From positions 153,771 to 217,770 of the forward strand of contig JBAZBR010000001.1 in the NCBI GenBank assembly GCA_041671325.1: DNA of 64,000 nt, given 5' to 3'. Positions 39,457 through 48,518 of this stretch are shown here, in pieces. Origin of the DNA: Patescibacteria group bacterium. GTDB taxonomy: Bacteria > Patescibacteriota > Patescibacteriia > PEXW01. The translations under genes and the position numbers were made by a program. The stretch's first letter is position 1; every line of letters starts with the position of its first letter. The notes under the pieces are model-generated. The model was not told where the DNA came from. It saw only the letters and a program-made list of their open reading frames with translations, and did no database searches.

Positions 39457-41442
39457 ATGTATGGATATATGACAAGCTTAAAAAAACTTTCATTCGCCAT
39501 TTGCGCCTTTTTAGTGATTTTTTTGCCAATCAAAGTTTTTGCGGCTGAACCAACGATAATTGACGTTGAAAGCGATTTCGCAGTCCGCGGCAGGGAATAT
39601 AAAATTGGAGAAGAATTCACTTTAGGTTTAAGACCCGACCTTTTTTCCTCTCCAGCCAGGATTACCATCACCCCGGAAGCTACTTTACCATTAGCCCTGC
39701 CTCCTAGGTATGAAGAGGCTGGCAAGCGTTATGAGTTAGTAATTGACGCGGCAGATGAAGGTGTGATGGCGGCAGATGCCATGTGGTTAAAAGTTTTAAG
39801 CGCTCCAAAAGCTGGGACAGAAACAGTTTTATTAGGCTTTAATTTTTCCAAACAAATTTGGGAATTTTTGGGACGTGGTGCGGACGCTCAGAATTTTATT
39901 AAAGGATCAACAAAACAACTGCATACTGTAATTGTAGCGGCAGCAGATTTATTTACCGTTCCAGGGAATTTTGGCAGTGATTTAATTGTTAATTCAAAAA
40001 CACAAGTTATAGATTTATCATCCCAATCAGTATTAAATTTTAAATTTGAAAATCTGCAATTTACTTTACCGAGTTCAACTATCAGCCAGAATGCGAGTTT
40101 AATAGTAATTCCAAATGTCGTTAGTCCTTTAATTTTACCGAGTCGATTTAAGGCCCGAACTTCATATTATCAGATAGCTCTACGTCAGCCCGGTGGGATA
40201 AAAATCCGGCCAACCGCTCCAATTACAATTTCGCCGACTTTAGCCAAGAACGGTTTTTTTGAACAAAAAGTTTTAATTTATAATGCCACCCATAAAACCT
40301 GGGAAACAGCCATTAAAAACCGTGTACCCAATCCAGAATCAATTTTTTTAATTGTTGATGATTTGGGCGAAGAGCAGGGGATAGCCAGTTGGTATTCAAG
40401 CAAAAAGTATCCTGATGGCGTAGCTCATAATCGTTATCCCATGGGTACTAAGCTAAAAGTCACAAATATCGAAAATAACAAATCAACCATCGTTAAAGTC
40501 GTCTCACGGGGACCGTACATTCGCGGTCGGGTTATTGATATGGTTTATACGGCATTTAAAAAGATAAAAGGCAAAAATGGCGGGGTAGCCACGGTCAAGG
40601 TTGCGGTTGTCGATTTGAAAGTTTTAGGCGAAACCATTGCAAAAACTGAAACACAATTAAATCCGGTTCCCACAGATGTCAATTCCAAGGAGCCTATTAA
40701 GCTTCCAATTTCGAGTACTGCTGGTGCAGTTTATGATGTTGATAATAAGGTCTTTGTGGCAATAAAAAATTCAGATGAAGCCCATCCAATCGCCAGCCTG
40801 TCCAAATTAATGACAGCTTTAGTTTATCTTGATCGCAAACCAACCTTTAGGAATAAAGTCACTTATCAAAAATCAGATTCAGCAATATGCGCTTGTCTGT
40901 ATGTGTCACCAGGCGAAACTTTAACAACCAAAGATTTGTGGAATGCCATGCTGATCGGTTCGGCAAATAACGCAGTTAAAGCGTTAGTCAGGTCAACGAA
41001 ATTATCAGAAGCAGAGTTTGTAAAACTAATGAACGAGAAGGCAAAGGCCTTGGGCCTTAACACCCTAACTTTTGCCGATCCAACCGGCTTAGATCCAGCA
41101 AACCAGGGCTCAGCTGCGGATATGGCAAAACTTGCCGCCATTGCTTTTTCTCGCCCAGAAATTGCCAATACGACCATTAAAAAAAGCTATACTTTTTCAA
41201 CCCTTAATACCAAAAGAAGCCATACCATAACCAACCGTAACCAGATTTTAACCAGTGGCTGGCAAGTAACCGGGACAAAAACTGGATATATAGAAGAATC
41301 AGGTTTTTGCTTAATCGGCCAGGTAAAAGGCAAGACCACAAACCGGAATTTAGTCGTGGTCACTTTGGGGGCCCAATCAAAAGCCCTGCATTATACTGAA
41401 ATGGAAAATTCATTTAGCATTGGTTTTGCAAATATTCAATGA
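39457..41442 (+). CDS. secreted fusion: RlpA-like DPBB domain plus S11 D-Ala-D-Ala carboxypeptidase
   Basis: GIASWY..AH..PMGT.LKVTN..RGPY..GRVIDM; IASLSKLMT (SxxK), SAN, KTG. Confidence 0.85.
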   Translation: MYGYMTSLKKLSFAICAFLVIFLPIKVFAAEPTIIDVESDFAVRGREYKIGEEFTLGLRPDLFSSPARITITPEATLPLALPPRYEEAGKRYELVIDAADEGVMAADAMWLKVLSAPKAGTETVLLGFNFSKQIWEFLGRGADAQNFIKGSTKQLHTVIVAAADLFTVPGNFGSDLIVNSKTQVIDLSSQSVLNFKFENLQFTLPSSTISQNASLIVIPNVVSPLILPSRFKARTSYYQIALRQPGGIKIRPTAPITISPTLAKNGFFEQKVLIYNATHKTWETAIKNRVPNPESIFLIVDDLGEEQGIASWYSSKKYPDGVAHNRYPMGTKLKVTNIENNKSTIVKVVSRGPYIRGRVIDMVYTAFKKIKGKNGGVATVKVAVVDLKVLGETIAKTETQLNPVPTDVNSKEPIKLPISSTAGAVYDVDNKVFVAIKNSDEAHPIASLSKLMTALVYLDRKPTFRNKVTYQKSDSAICACLYVSPGETLTTKDLWNAMLIGSANNAVKALVRSTKLSEAEFVKLMNEKAKALGLNTLTFADPTGLDPANQGSAADMAKLAAIAFSRPEIANTTIKKSYTFSTLNTKRSHTITNRNQILTSGWQVTGTKTGYIEESGFCLIGQVKGKTTNRNLVVVTLGAQSKALHYTEMENSFSIGFANIQ

Positions 41443-42119
41443 TTACTTTTGAAAAGGTTTCCAAAATTTACCCTCATAATGTCATTGCCCTAAAAGACAT
41501 AAACCTTACCATTGAACCCGGCGAGTTAGTTTCTATTGTTGGCCAATCCGGCACGGGCAAGACCACTTTAGCAAAAATGATCATTGCCGAAGAGCATGCT
41601 TCAGAAGGCCGGGTAATTATCGGTGATTGGGATATTACGAATATAAACACTAAGGACGTACCGCTTTTACGCCGGCAGATTGGTGTGGTGTTCCAGGATT
41701 TTAAGCTTTTGCCCCAGAAGACCTTATTTGAAAATGTAGCTTTTGCCTTGGAGGTATCCGGGGCTTCCCATAGCAAAATTCAGCAAATCGTTCCGCAAGT
41801 TTTAAAAATAGTCGGTCTGCAACAAAAGCAAGACCGTTTTCCAAGGGAGGTTTCTGGTGGCGAGCAGCAGCGCGTGGTTATTGCCCGAGCCTTGGTCCAT
41901 CGCCCAAAAATTTTAGTTGCGGATGAACCAACCGGCAATCTTGACGCGATTAATGCCCATGAGATTGTTGAATTACTGCTCAAAATCAATAGTTTTGGAA
42001 CAACCGTTGTTTTGGTAACCCACAATCGGGAAATCGTAAACGGCCTTCGAAAAAGAGTTATAACCCTTGATCACGGCCACTTGGTCTCAGATCAAGCTAC
42101 AGGGAAATATCGATTATGA
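41439..42119 (+). CDS. ftsE: cell division ATP-binding protein FtsE
   Basis: GQSGTGKT, RRQIGVVFQDFKLL, SGGEQQR, ADEPTGNLD. Confidence 0.95.
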   Translation: MITFEKVSKIYPHNVIALKDINLTIEPGELVSIVGQSGTGKTTLAKMIIAEEHASEGRVIIGDWDITNINTKDVPLLRRQIGVVFQDFKLLPQKTLFENVAFALEVSGASHSKIQQIVPQVLKIVGLQQKQDRFPREVSGGEQQRVVIARALVHRPKILVADEPTGNLDAINAHEIVELLLKINSFGTTVVLVTHNREIVNGLRKRVITLDHGHLVSDQATGKYRL

Positions 42120-43042
42120 TAGCCTTACAAACCAGTCGTGCCATCAAATTTGCCATTCAGAATTTCCGCAGGAACCTTTGGCTTTCCATTGTAACCATAA
42201 TTATCGTCGCGGTTGCGGTTTTTTCAATAAGTTTAGTATCGGCTTTAAATGTTTTGGGCGGGCGGGCTTTGCAGACCGTTGAAAAGAAAGTTGATGTCAC
42301 CTTGGAATTAAAAACTGATGTCACTGAAGATCAAGCGCTTGCTTTTAAGGGAAGATTGGAAGCCCTACCCAACATCCAAAGTATTGTGTATCAAAGCAAA
42401 ACCCAAGCTTTTGAGAATTTCAAGCAAATCCATAAAGACGATCCAAACATTCAAGCTTTATTGGCTGAACTTACGGAAAACCCCTTGCCTGCAAACATAA
42501 TCATTAAGGCAAAAAAAATCACCGACTTTGAGCAAATCATGAAGTTTGTGGACATTGATGAAAATATTAAATTAATTGCGGATAAAGACAGGGATTTTCA
42601 GGATAGCCAGACTGTCATAACAAAATTGACCCAAATTACCGATCGCATCAGGGAAATCGGGATTTTAGTTAGCGGGGTATTTGCCCTGCTGTCTTTAATT
42701 GTTTTATTCAATACTATCCGAATTGCCATTTACACCCATCGGGAAGAGATTGGGATAATGAGATTGGTTGGCGCTTCGAATGGTTTTATCCGTTCACCGT
42801 TTATAATTGAAAGCATTATTTATAGCATCATTGGCGCAGGCATTGCTTTGGCAGTAATTATCGTTCTTTGGCAAAGCGCGGCGCCGGCGGTATACAGGTT
42901 TTTCTTTGTTGGAACAGACGTGAGTGTCAGCAATATTTTAAAACAGGAATTTTGGGCAATTCTTGGCTGGGAGTTTATTGGCGCAATAATCTTGAGCACT
43001 TTAAGCGCTTGGATTGCCGCTCGGAGGTACTTGAAAGTCTGA
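42116..43042 (+). CDS. ftsX: cell division permease FtsX
   Basis: ENPLP, NTIRIAIY.HREEI.IMRLVGAS..FIR.PF. Confidence 0.95.
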   Translation: MIALQTSRAIKFAIQNFRRNLWLSIVTIIIVAVAVFSISLVSALNVLGGRALQTVEKKVDVTLELKTDVTEDQALAFKGRLEALPNIQSIVYQSKTQAFENFKQIHKDDPNIQALLAELTENPLPANIIIKAKKITDFEQIMKFVDIDENIKLIADKDRDFQDSQTVITKLTQITDRIREIGILVSGVFALLSLIVLFNTIRIAIYTHREEIGIMRLVGASNGFIRSPFIIESIIYSIIGAGIALAVIIVLWQSAAPAVYRFFFVGTDVSVSNILKQEFWAILGWEFIGAIILSTLSAWIAARRYLKV

Positions 43043-43069
43043 GAAAATTAATTTAATCTAGTGAATCAT

Positions 43070-43161
43070 TCCGGGATCGTCTTCCGCCAGAGGCGGATTA
43101 AGAAAATGGTAGGACAGCGGCCTTTTCCGCCCTAGGCGGACTCGCCTCCGGCGAGGAAGCC
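43070..43161 (+). pseudogene. tRNA-Gln 5'-half ghost with D-loop and anticodon hairpin inserts
   Basis: TCCGGGATCGTCT[22 nt]AATGGTAGGACAGCGGCCTTT[30 nt]GAAGCC; the flanks are identical to the intact tRNA-Gln. Confidence 0.88.
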
Positions 43162-43173
43162 AAGATATAATTT

Positions 43174-43420
43174 ATGTATTACGTTTACGTATTACTAAGT
43201 CATAAAGATAGAACAAGATATATTGGTTATTCTTCAAAAGAACCACATATTCGTCTCGCTGAACATAATAGTAGCAAAGGAATGTTTACACGTGGTCATC
43301 AACCCTGGATACTGACTTATTATGAAGAATTTGAACAGATAAAGACTGCTCGTGAGCGTGAGTTATTCTAAAAAAAGCGGCCAGGGCAGGAAATGGCTTG
43401 ACGACAAGTTTAAAAAATAA
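43174..43420 (+). pseudogene. small GIY-YIG nuclease (UPF0213-like), disrupted at an A7 run
   Basis: YYVYVL..RYIGYS...RL.EHN..G.FT...PW....E...A..RE.F, then TAA; the conserved tail SGQGRKWL continues in the +1 frame to TAA at 43420. Confidence 0.85.
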
Positions 43421-43425
43421 TTTAT

Positions 43426-43499
43426 TCCGGGATCGTCTAATGGTAGGACAGCGGCCTTTGAAGCCGTTTATCTTGGTTCGAATCCAGGTCCCGGAGCCA
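43426..43499 (+). tRNA. tRNA-Gln(TTG)
   Basis: TCCGGGA..GCGGC-CTTTGAA-GCCGT..GGTTCGAAT..TCCCGGA-G-CCA. Confidence 0.95.
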
Positions 43500-45080
43500 A
43501 TGTGCACGAAGCGACCGCTCTGGGTCGTTTTGTGCTGTAGTTGCAAAGGATTTCTTTGGTTCTAACATAGTCATTACTCGCTCTGCATTCTGATCAAGAT
43601 TTTTCACCGCAAACAGGAGAATGTCCAATGAAAGGTGGAGCTTTCCGTCCTTTAAAGAAAAGTTCGAACCTAGCGTTGTAAAAATCTCTTTTTTCACCTC
43701 AAGGCTTCCCGTAGCGAATACGCGCCGTGCTTTCTCTGCAAAGTTGATGCCCCGCTCGGCAATCCCCAGCCAATTTTCAATCCGCTTGTCCGTATCTTTC
43801 AAGAATTCCTGCATACGGTCTTTCTCTTTTAGTAAGGCAACCTTCCTGCCTCGAAACTCCACCTCATCAATCTCACTGTTTGCCCGCATGTCAATGAGGT
43901 TATCAAGCTTCTTCACGCACGATTCGTACTCTCGACGTTGGTTGCCGTAAACACGTTCCCGGTCCACTACTTCAAGCTTGTGCATTTCCCGGAGCCTCGC
44001 AATAGCCCAGTCTCGAAAATCCTCTTTGATTTCTAATTTACCAAGTTCAGTGGCAATCTGCTTTTCCACTTCACCTTCCTCAAGGGACTTTTGGGTGCAG
44101 TTCGGGTACTTCCGCTTCGTGCAGTGGTAGTAAATGTAGTGTTGGACGGTTCCATCAGCGAGGCGTTTCGTTTTCTCTTCAGCCGTGACCATTGCACCGC
44201 ACTCGCCACAGCGGATTGGGCCACGGTAAGGAAAGTCATGCGTCTTTGAGCGCTGGGGTGACGGGCGGCCAAGGAGTTCCTGAATGCGTTCAAACTCCTC
44301 TCGGTTAATCATTGCTTTGTGAATACCTTTATGCCAGTTGCCGCTACCCTTGGGATACTCGAACTCCCCATAGTAGAACGTATTTGTGAAAATGTTGTAG
44401 ATGGAGCTTCGACAAATTGGGGTGCCATAAGTGCCCCTAAGTTTCCACTCATCAGCCGCAATTTGCTGGATGCGTGGCGGAGAGTAGTTACCCGTAAGCA
44501 TGAGATCAAACATCTTTCGCACCAGGCCAAAGCGCTCCGGGTCGGGTGTAATAGTTTTCATGCCTTTGGTCATGTACATTTCGTTTTTATAACCCAGGGG
44601 TGCGGGAGCGGGCAGTACTCCCATTTGTGCTTTTTGAACCAAACCACGCTTCACATCCCTGCCTTTCTTGGCGCTCTCATACTGCGACTGCGAAAGCGCC
44701 AGTTGTAGCATCCAGATACCTTCAGGCGAGTTATTCTCAAAGTGGTAGGTGGCCAGCTTGAGGTCTTTGATGATGCCCTCACGTAACATGTAGGTAATAC
44801 TACTCGCGTCAACTTCATTGCGAGAAAGACGATCTGGATGCCACGCGAGTAAGCCCTGGCGTTCGCCCTTCCGAATACGTTCCAACATCTTGGTAAAAGC
44901 AGGGCGATTATACGGGTGAAAGGCACTGGCCTTGTCCTCAACGAATTCAATATCGAGGTCAGCAAAGACCTCAGTGAGCTTATTCTTTTGCGCAGGGATA
45001 GATAACGCCTGTCGCTCTTTTCCTTCAGAGGACTTACGTACGTAAGCGAAGTATTTAGTTGTTTTGCCGTGTGGATCCAT
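43437..45080 (-). CDS. large serine recombinase (integrase); C-terminus encoded antisense to tRNA-Gln
   Basis: YVRKSSE..RQ..SI..Q, DRLSRN, recombinase domain, Zn ribbon CGECG..YYHC. Confidence 0.95.
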   Translation of the reverse strand: MDPHGKTTKYFAYVRKSSEGKERQALSIPAQKNKLTEVFADLDIEFVEDKASAFHPYNRPAFTKMLERIRKGERQGLLAWHPDRLSRNEVDASSITYMLREGIIKDLKLATYHFENNSPEGIWMLQLALSQSQYESAKKGRDVKRGLVQKAQMGVLPAPAPLGYKNEMYMTKGMKTITPDPERFGLVRKMFDLMLTGNYSPPRIQQIAADEWKLRGTYGTPICRSSIYNIFTNTFYYGEFEYPKGSGNWHKGIHKAMINREEFERIQELLGRPSPQRSKTHDFPYRGPIRCGECGAMVTAEEKTKRLADGTVQHYIYYHCTKRKYPNCTQKSLEEGEVEKQIATELGKLEIKEDFRDWAIARLREMHKLEVVDRERVYGNQRREYESCVKKLDNLIDMRANSEIDEVEFRGRKVALLKEKDRMQEFLKDTDKRIENWLGIAERGINFAEKARRVFATGSLEVKKEIFTTLGSNFSLKDGKLHLSLDILLFAVKNLDQNAERVMTMLEPKKSFATTAQNDPERSLRAHWLRDLDSNQDKRLQRPLSYH

Positions 45081-45121
45081 AAACCTTTTAATAGGATAGC
45101 TTAGTTGCGTTATAGCACTTT

Positions 45122-45751
45122 TTATATTTCAAGGTTAGTATAGCTTCTAGACGCCTGTTCGTAGAGCCTATACAGACGTTGTTGTTTTTTTGTGGGCTTT
45201 CCGGCGTAGTATGGGTTTTTTATTTTCTCCTGAAGTTCATACATTTTCTTGTGCATCATAAGAGTATTGAAGAGCGAAAAGTATTTACTACGTCGGTTTT
45301 CATTTCTGGAACTGTAGGTGAGATTGTAACAATGCCGGCAGGCGAAAAAAGTGCCAATTTGGTAGAGAACCCCCACCCGTCGACCGCAGTAATGACCATT
45401 GGAGAAGAATGGGCAACGAAACCAATATCGTTTACCCCCGTATCGGCATACCGTGGTAGTAAGAGGTACCCGACAGTCAAAAGCCTTCTCATCGCCATTG
45501 GGGTCGGTCTGTGCATAGGTTAAAAGTATATAAGCATTTTCACCAAGTGCCGAGACAGCGAGGTGGGTACTACTTTCCTCACCAGTGTAACCGTTGGTCC
45601 AGGTCATGGTCGCTGTTCTCCCGCTGGAAAGAAGGCCATTATGTTTGAGCACGTTAATAGATAGCTTCTTTAACCGATCTGCCTCGATTTTGCGTAAAAT
45701 CGTTATCCTATAATTACCGAAATCATTTGAGATTGGGGTCGGTTGCGGCAT
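45122..45751 (-). CDS. hypothetical Zn-finger protein of the integrative element
   Basis: GGKRYWFRCP...CGRRV..LY....FACRHCYNLTY. Confidence 0.75.
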   Translation of the reverse strand: MPQPTPISNDFGNYRITILRKIEADRLKKLSINVLKHNGLLSSGRTATMTWTNGYTGEESSTHLAVSALGENAYILLTYAQTDPNGDEKAFDCRVPLTTTVCRYGGKRYWFRCPFFSNGHYCGRRVGVLYQIGTFFACRHCYNLTYSSRNENRRSKYFSLFNTLMMHKKMYELQEKIKNPYYAGKPTKKQQRLYRLYEQASRSYTNLEI

Positions 45752-47940
45752 TAAAGTAATTTTTCAGTTACATTTACCCCACCCTTCGTCTCACTATTAT
45801 TGCCAGGAGGATTAGCCGTCAAATCGTTGGCGTCTTTACTACCATCAGAATTTTGAAAGTGGGAGGATGGGAAAATCAAGATTTTCCGTTTATCATCGGG
45901 ATCTTGCTCCTGGATGATAAGCCCGGCCGTCTCCAACATTGGCAGTATTTGCTGACGGAGCTGATGCGTGTCCAGCATCCGTCCGTAGACGGCGAAGTGT
46001 TTACTTAGCACCTCTTGGCGGGTAACTCCGACTGTACCTACGACTTTCTCTATTCCGTCTTGCCCTACATTTTTTTCCTCCCAAGCAGGAAAAATTATGT
46101 CTTTATAGAGGTCGTAAATGTAGGGTGGCAAATTGAGTTCCTGGCTTACAGAGATTTTATCCCAGAGCATGAAGGCCGCATCAATATCTTCATTATTAGC
46201 CATGATGGTTGAGTCTGTCTGTTCCCGCCACCAGATATTAAGGAGGGCAAACGCTTTAATAAGGGAGAGAAGTCGTTTGATGTCCCGTTGGTGACGCGGT
46301 TTGAGGAACTGATGATCGCCAAGGAAGCGTTTCTCTATCCTCTCCGGTGATACGATATTTATTTCCTTTGCATTCTCCAGCTTGATGGCACGGATGCGTT
46401 CTTTGAGCAAGATGCGTCCTGGATCCGCCTCTAGCCAGCTCGTGAAGCTTTCGCTGTTTGCTTCTTTGCGAATAACGGCGCTAATACCCTCGTGAATTTT
46501 TTCCTGATTAACCTCTGGCGAGAGTAGAAGAAAGCGGGTTGCTTCTTGCTCATCTATACGGAGTCCCGCGGTACAAAAGATGACTGACGGAAAACCTTTA
46601 ATAATTACAGTCTTGGTTCGGTTGCCACCTTTTTCATTTTTGTCGGTTATTTTGGATTGCATCTCTTTTTCGTCATGGGACAAAAGAGATCGTAATCGCT
46701 CTAGAAGATCGGCATGAGGTTGATCTAGAAAAATGATTATTTTCCTCGATAAATCCACTACGATTGTATTCGTATCCTTGTCAAACTCACCTTGCTCGTG
46801 AAAAAAAGCGTTGGGTGAGCAGTTGCCCAATTTCATAACATCTTGATTTGGAAACAAATTGGAGATTTCCAGTGGGATGTAGCTTTTCCCCGTTGAGGAT
46901 GGTGCGTTGTAACTGATGTTGAATTGGGCGTTTTCGGTGTATGCAGACAATTCACATAAGAACGTGGCGAGCTTGTTTTCTGCGTCGTGTTTAATGGTCA
47001 ACCCAAGCGTTGCAAGGAGCTGATTGACTGTGAGCGGCGTGAACTTGCTAGTATCAATCCGTTCGGGATACGGTTTCGCGTACTTGGAGAATAGGTCCTC
47101 AACCGTGCCATTCAGCTTAGTGAAGTAATCAGTTACATCCCCCCCATCGCCGACCTCCGGCGGAAGGGTGATGATGAATGTTTCTACTTTTCCGCCATCT
47201 TCAACCATTTTTGCGGTTCGCTCTGCGCCCTTTCGACCAGCATTATCGTTGTCGAAGCATACATAAACCTCCTTGAGGTTTTGGATACGTTCTGCCCATT
47301 CTTTATTGAACGTCATTGCCCCATGAGTCGAAGTAACAGCTAAAACACCTTTGGAGATGAGTAAGAGTCTGTCTAGTTCTCCCTCACACACCACCAGAGG
47401 GCTATCTGAAGTTTCTAGAGCTCCCCAGTCATACAGTTGGGCTTCCACCCCACTGGGGTAGGTCATTTTGTCATTCCCAAATGCTGGATCCTGTCGGAGC
47501 TTAAAAAAGACGTAATTCCCGTAGGTATCCTTGATGGGTATGGTAATCCACTGCTTACGGTAGAATTGCCCGTAGCCGAGCTTGTAGGCGTCAATTACAG
47601 CGTCTGTAAGCCCCCGCTCGTGTAGGTATTCACGAATATGAATTGGGAGTGCCTGGTGGTACTTCTCAACCTTGTCTGTAACAGAGTTGATCGTCCGGCG
47701 AGGGCGTGACTCCTCGTCGCCCAGATGTTTGCGGAGGGTTTGGAGATTACCTTGTGCGCCACACTTCTTGCAGTCGTACTGCCCGGTTTCGGTATTGAAG
47801 TACAAGTGCGCCTCTCCGTTCCTGCTATCCTTGTCGCACTCGTTTAATAGGCATTTCGTGATGAGTTCGTTGCCACTCTCGCGGAATGCGATACCCTTCT
47901 GGGCTAGGTACTCGCGGATGGTAATTGTCTGTAGGGTCAT
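45751..47940 (-). CDS. DNA primase (Zn-binding plus Toprim) fused to a P-loop ATPase/helicase-like domain
   Basis: C..C/H..CKKC Zn domain; VCEGELD, CFDNDNAG; APSSTGKS. Confidence 0.85.
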   Translation of the reverse strand: MTLQTITIREYLAQKGIAFRESGNELITKCLLNECDKDSRNGEAHLYFNTETGQYDCKKCGAQGNLQTLRKHLGDEESRPRRTINSVTDKVEKYHQALPIHIREYLHERGLTDAVIDAYKLGYGQFYRKQWITIPIKDTYGNYVFFKLRQDPAFGNDKMTYPSGVEAQLYDWGALETSDSPLVVCEGELDRLLLISKGVLAVTSTHGAMTFNKEWAERIQNLKEVYVCFDNDNAGRKGAERTAKMVEDGGKVETFIITLPPEVGDGGDVTDYFTKLNGTVEDLFSKYAKPYPERIDTSKFTPLTVNQLLATLGLTIKHDAENKLATFLCELSAYTENAQFNISYNAPSSTGKSYIPLEISNLFPNQDVMKLGNCSPNAFFHEQGEFDKDTNTIVVDLSRKIIIFLDQPHADLLERLRSLLSHDEKEMQSKITDKNEKGGNRTKTVIIKGFPSVIFCTAGLRIDEQEATRFLLLSPEVNQEKIHEGISAVIRKEANSESFTSWLEADPGRILLKERIRAIKLENAKEINIVSPERIEKRFLGDHQFLKPRHQRDIKRLLSLIKAFALLNIWWREQTDSTIMANNEDIDAAFMLWDKISVSQELNLPPYIYDLYKDIIFPAWEEKNVGQDGIEKVVGTVGVTRQEVLSKHFAVYGRMLDTHQLRQQILPMLETAGLIIQEQDPDDKRKILIFPSSHFQNSDGSKDANDLTANPPGNNSETKGGVNVTEKLL

Positions 47941-47952
47941 AGTGGGTAATGT

Positions 47953-48123
47953 TTAGTGAGTGAGGGGTTGGGGAAAGTTCTTTGCGCTTTCTTTCAGGAC
48001 AACCTCCATTAGGCGGATGAGTCGTAGTCCCTTCTCCAGTGCTTCCTCCTTGGTGAGGTCCACACCAAAGTGCTTGCGGTAGAGCATTTGGAACTCGGTA
48101 AGGTGGTCGTCCGTGAGCTGCAT
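47953..48123 (-). CDS. small hypothetical protein (56 aa)
   Basis: MQLTDDHLTEFQMLYRKHFGVDLTKEEALEKGLRLIRLMEVVLK...; resembles 59890-60042. Confidence 0.7.
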   Translation of the reverse strand: MQLTDDHLTEFQMLYRKHFGVDLTKEEALEKGLRLIRLMEVVLKESAKNFPQPLTH

Positions 48124-48125
48124 GG

Positions 48126-48419
48126 CTATTCGGAGTAGAGCCGATTTTTTAGCATTTTGAGGGTGTCGAAGTACTGTAATGCAGAGATTTTGAGTTCACC
48201 CGCCCAATATTTATTTATAGCCTCGTCGATTCCTTCCTTACGTTTGAAGACAAAAAGTGCCTTCCGTGGGTTCGTTTTATCGAGCGTTACAAGTTCAAAA
48301 CCTGAACAGAGGAGCGCGGAACAAGCGCCCATGTCAAAGGACCTTAGAAGATGCTCTTGGTTGTCAAGCGGAATGTGGCGGATCTCTTCCGGGGGTATGC
48401 TCTTCTGTCCTTGAGTCAT
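48126..48419 (-). CDS. DUF5659-like protein
   Basis: ..ALL..GF.L..LDK.NPRKA.F.F......I..YW...L.......F..LK.LKNRLY pattern. Confidence 0.7.
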   Translation of the reverse strand: MTQGQKSIPPEEIRHIPLDNQEHLLRSFDMGACSALLCSGFELVTLDKTNPRKALFVFKRKEGIDEAINKYWAGELKISALQYFDTLKMLKNRLYSE

Positions 48420-48518
48420 AAATATTTAGGTAATAAAAAAATAGCGTAATCTACTTTAAAGTTACGCGTTAGCTGTTTTGTTGTCGTTGTAGGCTTATTG
48501 GGTCATATCATTTCTGAC

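Noticed and set aside
38952-39548. Several short ORFs over the tRNA/palindrome region (also 34289-34798)
   Set aside because: They are shadow frames across tRNAs and GC-rich palindromes
34425-43161. Ghost-tRNA inserts as group I or BHB introns
   Set aside because: Inserts of 22-91 nt are too short for a group I core, no bulge-helix-bulge is evident, and most ghosts lack a complete T-arm or acceptor stem
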